A stretch of 64,000 nucleotides of DNA from Pseudoxanthomonas sp. (lineage in GTDB: Bacteria; Pseudomonadota; Gammaproteobacteria; Xanthomonadales; Xanthomonadaceae), in the NCBI GenBank assembly GCA_017745195.1, contig JAGHZW010000180.1, positions 47,978 through 111,977 on the forward strand, read 5' to 3'. The translations under genes were made by a program, and so were the position numbers. Below the pieces are notes generated by a model. The model was not told the DNA's origin, did not search any database, and saw nothing but the letters and a program-made list of their open reading frames with translations. Positions 1 to 7,580 of the stretch are shown piece after piece; position 1 is the first letter of the stretch, and every line of letters starts with the position of its first letter.

Positions 1-534
1 GGTGTGTTCAACCGGCTGCTGTGGGCCACGCCCGACGGTGCGCTGGTGCATTACGACAAGCGCCACCTGTTCCGTTATGCGGGCGAGCACAAGCGCTACG
101 CCGCCGGCCGCGAACGCCTGACCGTGGAATGGAAGGGCTGGCGGATCAATCCGCAGGTCTGCTACGACCTGCGCTTCCCGGTGTTCTGCCGCAACCGTTA
201 CGACGTGGAACGGGCGGGCGCGATGGACTTCGACCTGCAGATCTTCGTCGCCAACTGGCCGGCGCCGCGCGCGTACGCGTGGAAGACGCTGCTGCGCGCG
301 CGGGCGATCGAGAACCTGTGCTACGTGGCGGCGGTGAACCGGGTCGGCGTGGACGGCAACGAGCTGTCCTACGACGGCGACAGCGCGGTGATCGATTTCC
401 TCGGCCTGCCGCAGGTCGAGGCGCACGGCCGCGAGCAGGTGCTGACCACGACCCTGTCGGCGGCGGCACTGGCCGCGCACCGCGAACGCTTCCCGGCGAT
501 GCTCGACGCCGACGCGTTCGACCTGCGCGGGTAA
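1..534 (+). CDS. Nitrilase/carbon-nitrogen hydrolase family amidohydrolase (YafV/omega-amidase-like), 5'-truncated by window edge
   Basis: YDKRHLF, VCYDLRFP (catalytic Cys), VANWP and RARAIEN motifs typical of YafV-like nitrilase-fold enzymes; stop TAA 532-534. Confidence 0.88.
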   Translation, partial: GVFNRLLWATPDGALVHYDKRHLFRYAGEHKRYAAGRERLTVEWKGWRINPQVCYDLRFPVFCRNRYDVERAGAMDFDLQIFVANWPAPRAYAWKTLLRARAIENLCYVAAVNRVGVDGNELSYDGDSAVIDFLGLPQVEAHGREQVLTTTLSAAALAAHRERFPAMLDADAFDLRG

Positions 535-672
535 TCGCGGGGCTCCATCCGTGGCCGCGCATGGTGCGGCCGGCGCACGCCGCGCCGGTCGCAGCGATGC
601 CCCATCCGCGTGATGCGCCCGTCGCGGGCGCGGGCCTACGATGGCGTCCACGACGACCGTGGAGGACGCCCG

Positions 673-1137
673 ATGGCCACGCCTGGTTTCAAGCCCGACC
701 CGCTGCAACTGGCCTGCCCGCACTGCGCGGCGCTGAACCGCGTCCCGGCCGCGCGGACCGGCGACGACCCGACCTGCGGCCGCTGCCACGGCCGCCTGTT
801 CCCGGGTCATCCATTCGCGCTGACCGTGGCGAACTTCGACGCGCACGCGCAGCGCTCGGACCTGCCGTTGCTGGTCGACTTCTGGGCGCCGTGGTGCGGG
901 CCGTGCCGGACCATGGCGCCGGCCTACGAACAGGCCGCCGCGCTGCTGGAGCCGCAGTTGCGCCTGGCCAAGGTCGACACCGAAGCCGAGCCGGCGCTGG
1001 CCACGCGCTTCGGCATCCGCAGCATCCCGACCCTGGCCCTGTTCCTGCACGGTCGCGAACTCGCGCGGCAGGCCGGGGCGATGCCGCTGCAGTCGATCGT
1101 GCAATGGACCCGCCAGCACCTGCCGCCCGCCGCCTGA
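673..1137 (+). CDS. trxC: Thioredoxin 2 (zinc-finger thioredoxin)
   Basis: N-terminal CPHC...CGRC zinc motif plus WCGPC active site; GGAGGA RBS at 661-666 supports ATG 673. Confidence 0.92.
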   Translation: MATPGFKPDPLQLACPHCAALNRVPAARTGDDPTCGRCHGRLFPGHPFALTVANFDAHAQRSDLPLLVDFWAPWCGPCRTMAPAYEQAAALLEPQLRLAKVDTEAEPALATRFGIRSIPTLALFLHGRELARQAGAMPLQSIVQWTRQHLPPAA

Positions 1138-1154
1138 TACCGGAGCAGACCACG

Positions 1155-1646
1155 ATGGAAGAAACCCGCCAGGTCAAAGTGACCCTGCACCAGGAAGCGG
1201 CGGACGCGTCCGGCTATGCGTTCCGCGTCGCCTTCGACGACACCGCGATCCCGCAACTGGCCACCGACGAGTCGCCGCCGCTGGGGCTGGGCGGCGGTCC
1301 GGACCCGTCGCGCCTGCTGGTGGCGGCGGTGGCCAACTGCCTCAGCGCCAGCCTGCTGTTCGCGCTGCGCAAGTTCCACAACAGCCCGGGGCCGTTGTCC
1401 ACGCACGCCACCGCCACGCTGGCCCGCAATGCCGGCGGACGCTGGCGGGTGGCCCACATCCAGGCCGACTTGCGCCTGGCCGAAGTCGGCGCCGACCACA
1501 CGCAGCTGGAGCGGCTGCTGGCCCAGTTCGAGGACTTCTGCATCGTCACCGAGAGCGTGCGCCAGGGCGTGCCGGTCACGGTCGCGGTCAGCGATGCCCG
1601 GGGCGCGCATCTGCACGGGCCCCGGGGGGCCGGAACGGACGCCTGA
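1155..1646 (+). CDS. OsmC/Ohr family protein
   Basis: DESPPLGxGxGPDP, VANCL and EDFCIVTES motifs (two conserved Cys); GGAG upstream of ATG 1155. Confidence 0.85.
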   Translation: MEETRQVKVTLHQEAADASGYAFRVAFDDTAIPQLATDESPPLGLGGGPDPSRLLVAAVANCLSASLLFALRKFHNSPGPLSTHATATLARNAGGRWRVAHIQADLRLAEVGADHTQLERLLAQFEDFCIVTESVRQGVPVTVAVSDARGAHLHGPRGAGTDA

Positions 1647-1728
1647 CCGTGTACGGCCTGATAACGGCCGCCTGCTATATGCTCGGCCCGGCTCCACACC
1701 GCCTGTCCCTTCGAACGGAGAACGTCAC

Positions 1729-2166
1729 ATGAAGCACGTCCCGTCCCTCATGCTCGCCGTGCTGCTTGCCCTGGCCGCCACGCCGGCCGCGCACGCGGCC
1801 GGCGAAGTCGACTGCAAGCTGCACTTCAACCTGTCCGGCTGGTCGGCGATCTACAAGACCGCCAAGGGCAACGGCACGATCACCTGTGACGACGGCAGCT
1901 CCCTGCCGGTGAAGATCAGCGCCAAGGGTGGCGGCCTTACCGTCGGCAAATCGACGATCGAGAACGGCACCGGCGAGTTCTCCGGTGTGCACAGCATCCG
2001 CGAGACGCTCGGTACCTATGCGGCAGCCGAGGCCCACGCCGGTGCGGTCAAGTCGAGCGGTGCCCAGGTGATGACCAAAGGCGAGGTCTCGCTGGCCCTG
2101 GCCGGCACCGGCAAGGGCTGGGACCTGGGCGTGGCGTTCGGCAATTTCGTGATCGAAGCGCGCTGA
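1729..2166 (+). CDS. Small secreted Gly-rich beta-strand hypothetical protein (possibly DUF992/EipA-like)
   Basis: Sec signal (MKHVPSLMLAVLLALAATPAAHA), two Cys, clean high-GC3 codon use, GGAG RBS, followed by a terminator. Confidence 0.75.
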   Translation: MKHVPSLMLAVLLALAATPAAHAAGEVDCKLHFNLSGWSAIYKTAKGNGTITCDDGSSLPVKISAKGGGLTVGKSTIENGTGEFSGVHSIRETLGTYAAAEAHAGAVKSSGAQVMTKGEVSLALAGTGKGWDLGVAFGNFVIEAR

Positions 2167-2182
2167 TCGCCGCGATGGCGTG

Positions 2183-2216
2183 AAAAAAAGCGCCGCCCTG
2201 GGGGCGGCGCTTTTTT
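2183..2216. terminator. Bidirectional Rho-independent terminator
   Basis: AAAAAAAGCGCCGCCC-TG-GGGGCGGCGCTTTTTT between convergent genes. Confidence 0.92.
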
Positions 2217-2257
2217 ATCCAACGATGTGCCGCGTCGCGGACGTGGCCGGGGCCCGA

Positions 2258-3847
2258 TCAGCCCTGGCCACGCGGACCGCGGTTGCCGCCGCGCGGGGCG
2301 CCGCCAGGACGGCCGCCGGGACGGCCACCGCCACCCGGGCGTGCACTGCCGCCGGGACGCGGGCCACCGCCGCCGGGCCGTGCACCGCCGGGGCGACCAC
2401 CGCCTGGACGCGGACCGCGCGGGCCCGGATGCGAACCCGGAGTGGCGTGGTCGGACGGGAAGTGCGGGGCATTGCCCGGATGACCGTAGGGACGCGGCTT
2501 GCGCTGCTGGCCTGCGCCGGCACCCTGGCCCTGGCCCTGGCCGCCACCGAAGCCGCCGCCGGAATGACCGCCACCGCCACCACCACCGGGCCTGCCGCCC
2601 GGCTTGCCGTAGCGCGGCTTGCCGCCGGGGCCGGCGTTGCGGTGGCCGCTCGGACCGGTGTCCACGCCCTCGGGCACGTACCAGGTGCGGAACGCGGCCG
2701 GATTGCCGTCCGGCAGCGGCTTGGGTCCCTTTTCCTTGCGCTGCTTGAACGGCTTCTGCGACTGCTTGGCCGCCATCTCGCCGCTGACCGTGAGCCCGCC
2801 GTGGCCGCCCTTGCCAAATCCGCCCTTGCCGCCGCGGCCGCCACGACGATCCTCGCGGACGTGGTCGAAGCGGCGCAGCTCGCGGCCTTCATCGGCGGTG
2901 TTGTGGCCGTTGACGTAGGCCTGGCCGGGGCCGCGCTCGCGGCCGACGTGGACCGTGGCCTTGGCTGCGCGACGCTGGCCGATCACCGGCTGCAGGGTCA
3001 GGGTCGACGCGCTGGCGTCTTCCAGCGCCAGCGACTTGCGCAGCGCCTCGACCTGTTCGACCGGCAGTTCCTGCGACTGGCCGCGCAGCAGTTCGCGCGG
3101 CAGGCTGACGTTGCCGTAGCGGGTGCGCTTGAGCCGGCTGACCTGGCAGCCCTGCGATTCCCACAGGCGGCGCACTTCGCGGTTGCGGCCCTCCTTGACC
3201 ACGACCTTGAACCAGTCGTGCGAGTCGGTGCCGCCGATGCGTTCGATCTGGTCGAACTTGGCCGGGCCATCCTCCAGCGCCACGCCACGGGCGAGGCGGT
3301 CGACCAGGTTGTCCGGCACGGTTTCCTGGCCTTCCGGCGCGCGCACGCGGACCACGTATTCGCGCTCGACCTCATGCGACGGATGCATCATCGCGTTGGC
3401 GATCTCGCCGTCGGTGGTCAGCAGCAGCAGGCCGGTGGTGTTGATGTCGAGGCGGCCGATCGCGATCCAGCGCGCGCCCTTCAGGCGGGGCAGGGATTCA
3501 AAGATGGTCGGGCGGCCTTCGGGATCCTCGCGAGTGGTCACTTCGCCTTCGGGCTTGTTGTAGACCAGCACGCGCGCCGGCTCGGTCAGGGCCGAGGCGA
3601 CGAAGGCCTTGCCGTCGAGTTCGACGCGGTCGCCGCTGCGGATGCTCTGGCCGATCTGGGCGGTCTCGCCATTGACCTTGACCAGGCCATCGGCGATGCG
3701 CTGCTCCAGCGCGCGGCGCGAGCCGAGTCCGGCCTGGGCCAGGACCTTGTGCAGGCGCTCCTCGATCTTCGCGGCGGGCGCGGCGGCGGTTTCCTCGCCG
3801 CGCTTGAGCGACAGCTTGCCGAGGGTCTTGCGGGGTGTATCAGTCAT
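2258..3847 (-). CDS. rluB: 23S rRNA pseudouridine synthase RluB with long Gly/Pro/Arg C-terminal tail
   Basis: S4 domain (ERLHKVLAQAGLGSRR), YNKPEGEVTT, GRLDINTTGLLL (catalytic Asp), EGRNREVRR; downstream of scpAB. Confidence 0.9.
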   Translation of the reverse strand: MTDTPRKTLGKLSLKRGEETAAAPAAKIEERLHKVLAQAGLGSRRALEQRIADGLVKVNGETAQIGQSIRSGDRVELDGKAFVASALTEPARVLVYNKPEGEVTTREDPEGRPTIFESLPRLKGARWIAIGRLDINTTGLLLLTTDGEIANAMMHPSHEVEREYVVRVRAPEGQETVPDNLVDRLARGVALEDGPAKFDQIERIGGTDSHDWFKVVVKEGRNREVRRLWESQGCQVSRLKRTRYGNVSLPRELLRGQSQELPVEQVEALRKSLALEDASASTLTLQPVIGQRRAAKATVHVGRERGPGQAYVNGHNTADEGRELRRFDHVREDRRGGRGGKGGFGKGGHGGLTVSGEMAAKQSQKPFKQRKEKGPKPLPDGNPAAFRTWYVPEGVDTGPSGHRNAGPGGKPRYGKPGGRPGGGGGGGHSGGGFGGGQGQGQGAGAGQQRKPRPYGHPGNAPHFPSDHATPGSHPGPRGPRPGGGRPGGARPGGGGPRPGGSARPGGGGRPGGRPGGAPRGGNRGPRGQG

Positions 3848-4703
3848 GGGTCCTGCTCCGGCCGTCGTTGTCGTCTTCGGCCTGGGTTTCGGTTTCGGGA
3901 GCGTCGTCGGCGTCATCGGCCTCGGGCGCGGTGGAGGTGTCGTCGGTATCTGTGCCAGTGCCGGCGCCGGTGTCGCTGGCGTCGGCGGGTGTTTCGTCGC
4001 CGTCTGCGTCGCTGCCGGTGTCGTCGGCATCGTCGTCGGCCGTCGCGTCCGCATCGTTGGCGGCGAAGCCGTTGTCGGCGTCCGCATCCGTGCCCGCATC
4101 GGCGCCGGCATCGGCGGCGATGCCGGCCTGGGCGGGCGCGGCGTCCGGATCCAGCGGCAGCTGCGGTTCCAGTTCGCCGATGTCCTTCAGTTCCGACAGC
4201 GGCGGCAGTTCGTCCAGGCGCTTGAGGCCGAAGTAGTCGAGGAAGCCGCGGGTCGTGCCGTACAGCGCCGGCTTGCCCGGCACGTCGCGGTGGCCGACCA
4301 CGCGGATCCACTCGCGCTCTTCCAGCGCCTGGATGATGTTGCTGCTGACCGCCACGCCGCGGACCTGTTCGATCTCGCCGCGCGTGATCGGCTGGCGGTA
4401 GGCGATCAGCGCCAGCGTTTCCAGGGTGGCGCGGGTGTACTTGGTCTTGCGCTCGGTCCACAGCCGGGCGACCCAGGCGTGGACGTCGGCCTTGACCTGG
4501 TAGCGGAAGCCGGAAGCGACCTCGACCAGTTCCACGCCGCGCTCCTCGCAGGCGGCAGCCAGCTGCTCCAGCGCGGCTTCGACGCTGCCCGGCGGGGCCG
4601 GTGCGTCCTCGGGGAACAGCGCGTGCAGCTGGGCCAGCGCCAGCGGCTGGTTGGCGGCCAGCAGCGCGGCCTCGACGATACGGTTGATCAGCGCCTGGTC
4701 CAT
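3840..4703 (-). CDS. scpB: SMC-Scp complex subunit ScpB with acidic C-terminal tail
   Basis: [44 protein letters not shown] motifs. Confidence 0.95.
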   Translation of the reverse strand: MDQALINRIVEAALLAANQPLALAQLHALFPEDAPAPPGSVEAALEQLAAACEERGVELVEVASGFRYQVKADVHAWVARLWTERKTKYTRATLETLALIAYRQPITRGEIEQVRGVAVSSNIIQALEEREWIRVVGHRDVPGKPALYGTTRGFLDYFGLKRLDELPPLSELKDIGELEPQLPLDPDAAPAQAGIAADAGADAGTDADADNGFAANDADATADDDADDTGSDADGDETPADASDTGAGTGTDTDDTSTAPEADDADDAPETETQAEDDNDGRSRTHD

Positions 4704-4740
4704 GGATCTCGCAGGGTCTGGTGGCAGGGTGGCGCCGGCG

Positions 4741-5655
4741 TCAGCCGGCGGCCGGTTCGTTGGCGGCATCGCCGTCGTCGAACTCGCTGTGGAACTGCAG
4801 CGGTTCGTTGGTGTTGCCGATCGCCAGCGACTTGACGTAGATCGGCGCCAGCGGGGCGTCCTGGACGATGTCCAGCAGCTGCTCCTTGGCCAGCTCGAGC
4901 AGCGAGAGGAAGGTGACCAGCACGCCGAGCCGGCCTTCCTCGGCCGCGAACAGCGACTCGAAGCGGTGGAACTTGCCGTCATCCAGTCGCTGCAGCACTT
5001 CGCCCATGCGCTGGCGCACGCTCAGTGCCTCGCGGCGGATGTGGTGTCCGCCGAACAGCTCGGCGCGCTTGAGCACGTCGTGCAGGGCCAGCAGCATCTC
5101 GCGCAGGTCCACCGGCGGCGGCAGCTTCACCACCGCCCGGTCGGGCACGAAGGCCTGTACCGGGGTGGTGTCGCGGTCCTGGCGGGGCAGGGCGTCGATG
5201 TCCTCGGCGGCCTGCTTGAAGCGCTCGTATTCCTGCAGTCGGCGGACCAGCTCGGCGCGCGGGTCGGCCTCGTCGCCGTCCTCGCTGACCGGGCGCGGCA
5301 GCAGCATCCGCGACTTGATCTCGGCCAGGATCGCGGCCATCAGCAGGTATTCGGCCGCCAGTTCGAAGCGCAGGTCGCGCATCACGTTGATGTAGTCGAC
5401 GTACTGGCGGGTGATCTCGGCGACCGGGATGTCGAGGATGTCCAGGTTCTGCCGGCGGATCAGGTACAGCAGCAGGTCGAGCGGACCTTCGAATGCGTCG
5501 AGGATGACCTCCAGCGCGTCCGGCGGGATGTACAGGTCCTGCGGGATCTGCAGCAGCGGCTGCCCATGGACCACCGCCAGCGGCATTTCCTGCTGCTGCG
5601 GGGCCAGGTGCGGCTGCGTTGTCGGGGTCGCGTCTTGCGCGGGTTCGGAACTCAT
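4741..5655 (-). CDS. scpA: Segregation/condensation protein ScpA (kleisin)
   Basis: [44 protein letters not shown] motifs; start may be 5655 or 5670. Confidence 0.95.
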   Translation of the reverse strand: MSSEPAQDATPTTQPHLAPQQQEMPLAVVHGQPLLQIPQDLYIPPDALEVILDAFEGPLDLLLYLIRRQNLDILDIPVAEITRQYVDYINVMRDLRFELAAEYLLMAAILAEIKSRMLLPRPVSEDGDEADPRAELVRRLQEYERFKQAAEDIDALPRQDRDTTPVQAFVPDRAVVKLPPPVDLREMLLALHDVLKRAELFGGHHIRREALSVRQRMGEVLQRLDDGKFHRFESLFAAEEGRLGVLVTFLSLLELAKEQLLDIVQDAPLAPIYVKSLAIGNTNEPLQFHSEFDDGDAANEPAAG

Positions 5656-6039
5656 CTGCTCGAAAGCCATGCCCGGTACGGGGCGCGCCGCGCCGCCCGG
5701 GTACGGGCGTGCCGCGCCTGCGATGGCGGACGTCGCCGGGAAGCCGGGACGGGCGCCGCTACATGCACATCAATACAGGCCCGGCACCGTGAGGGCGGTG
5801 GCCGACAGCCGGGGAGGTCGTCTGCGTGCGGCGTTTCGCTGGGCAGCGGATCGGTCGTCGGGGCCGGGTGTCGAGCGCTGGTACGGGCGCTGGTCCCCTG
5901 TGGCTTGGCAGCCGACGGGCCGCTGGTCACGGCCGCATATGTGACAAGGGTAAGCGCTGGCCGGCAGGCTGTCCAGCGGAGGGCACGACGGCCGGGCGAG
6001 CGCCTACAATGTGCGTTCACCGGCTGGGGGCGACGCGGC

Positions 6040-6339
6040 ATGTGGTATGTGATCGAAGGGGTGTTCGGCAGCGACGTGATCGAGCGCCGTGCCGCGGCGC
6101 GGCCTGCCCACCTGGCCCGCCTGCATGCGCTGCGCGACGAGGGGCGGCTGCTGGTCGCCGGCCCATGCCCGGCGGTGGATGCCGAAGACCCGGGCGCAGC
6201 CGGCTTCAGTGGCAGCGTCGTGATCGCTGCCTTCGATTCGCTGGCGCAGGCGCAGGCCTGGGCGGGCGAGGACCCGTACGTGACCGGGGGTGTCTGCGAA
6301 AAGGTCGAGGTGCGGCCGTTCGTCAAGGTCCTGCCCTGA
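6040..6339 (+). CDS. yciI: YciI family protein
   Basis: [26 protein letters not shown] motifs; about 99 aa. Confidence 0.85.
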   Translation: MWYVIEGVFGSDVIERRAAARPAHLARLHALRDEGRLLVAGPCPAVDAEDPGAAGFSGSVVIAAFDSLAQAQAWAGEDPYVTGGVCEKVEVRPFVKVLP

Positions 6340-6437
6340 GGCATGGCGCCTGTTGTTGCGGTGCGGCATCGCAATGATGATTCATGGCCTTGATTCTGAA
6401 AGGTATTGAGTGCCGCCGCGCGGCTGGCGGAACGATC

Positions 6438-6451
6438 TGAAAACGTTTACA
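6438..6451. promoter_or_regulatory. Putative LacI-family operator
   Basis: Near-palindrome TGAAAACGTTTACA with central CG, 43 bp upstream of the LacI gene. Confidence 0.7.
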
Positions 6452-6494
6452 TTGCGGCTGCCGTCCGATACTGGAACAGGAGGCCGGGGGGACG

Positions 6495-7541
6495 ATGGGG
6501 CGCCAGGCAGTCACGATCCGCGATGTCGCGCGCGAGGCGAATGTCTCGGTGGCCACCGTGTCCCGCGCCCTGAACGGACACAGCAACGTCGCCGAGCCGG
6601 TGCGCCGGCAGGTCCTGGAAGTGGCCAAGCGGCTGCGCTACAGCCCGCACGCCGCGGCGCGCAGCCTCAGCAGCCGAAGCACCCAGACCATCGGCGTGGT
6701 CCTGCCCGACCTGCACGGCGAGTTCTTCTCCGAACTGATCCGCGGGATCGATTCGATCGCGCGGACCTCGTCCCGGCACCTGCTGCTGTCCAGCTACCAC
6801 GGCGATCCGGAAGAGCAGGCCTCCGCGCTGCGCGCCATGCGTGGCCGCGTGGACGGCTTGCTGGTCATGTCGCCGTACGCCGAGCGGCCGGGCTTCCTCG
6901 CCGACAACCTGCCACCGCTGCCGGTGGTGCTGATCAGCACCCGCCAGGACGAACCGGCCTGGCCGGTGTTCGAGATCGACAACCATGCCGGTGCGGTCGC
7001 GATGACCCGGCACCTGCTCTCGCTCGGGCATCGCCACATCGCCTTCGTCGGCGGGCCGGCGCTCAACCATGACGCGCGCGAACGCCTGCGCGGATTCCGC
7101 GACGCGATCGCCGCACAGGACGGCGCGCGCGGCAGCGAATTCGCCGGCGAATTCGACGAGGCCTCGGGCCATCGAGCCGGTTGCGAGATCCTGGCCGCGG
7201 ACGAACGGCCCGATGCGGTGTTCGCCGCCAACGACATGATGGCACTCGGCTGCCTGTATGCGTTCGCGCAGGCCGGCGTGGAAGTGCCGCACGACATCGC
7301 GCTGGCTGGGTTCGACGACATTCCGCTGGCGCGCTTCGTTCACCCGTCGTTGACCACGATGCGGGTGAGTATCGCGGAGCTCGGTGGCAATGCGCTCAAG
7401 CGGTTGCTCGCGCAGATCGATGCCAGCGAGCCGGCGGCCGCGGAGCACCACGTGCTCGTTCCCGAACTGGTCGTGCGCCACTCCAGCGGCGGGCCCGCCG
7501 GGTCGGCGCAGCCCGGCCCCGGCAAACGAAAAAGAACCTGA
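6495..7541 (+). CDS. LacI-family transcriptional regulator
   Basis: TIRDVAREANVSVATVSRALN HTH, hinge AARSL, sugar-binding domain (FAANDMMALG, GFDD). Confidence 0.95.
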   Translation: MGRQAVTIRDVAREANVSVATVSRALNGHSNVAEPVRRQVLEVAKRLRYSPHAAARSLSSRSTQTIGVVLPDLHGEFFSELIRGIDSIARTSSRHLLLSSYHGDPEEQASALRAMRGRVDGLLVMSPYAERPGFLADNLPPLPVVLISTRQDEPAWPVFEIDNHAGAVAMTRHLLSLGHRHIAFVGGPALNHDARERLRGFRDAIAAQDGARGSEFAGEFDEASGHRAGCEILAADERPDAVFAANDMMALGCLYAFAQAGVEVPHDIALAGFDDIPLARFVHPSLTTMRVSIAELGGNALKRLLAQIDASEPAAAEHHVLVPELVVRHSSGGPAGSAQPGPGKRKRT

Positions 7542-7580
7542 GACTGACCATCACGTCGTACATCCTGGGAGGGAAGATCG

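Noticed and set aside
21-1154. Long N-terminal extensions given by the ORF track (OsmC 541 aa; likewise yciI, SBP, sdhA, uvrC)
   Set aside because: They overlap upstream genes and are Arg/Pro/Ala-rich noise; downstream starts with an RBS or ATGA coupling fit the family lengths.
2258-2620. Repetitive GC-rich DNA as a possible CRISPR array or VNTR
   Set aside because: The repeats are irregular, in frame and encode the RluB RPGG tail; there is no repeat-spacer periodicity and no cas gene.
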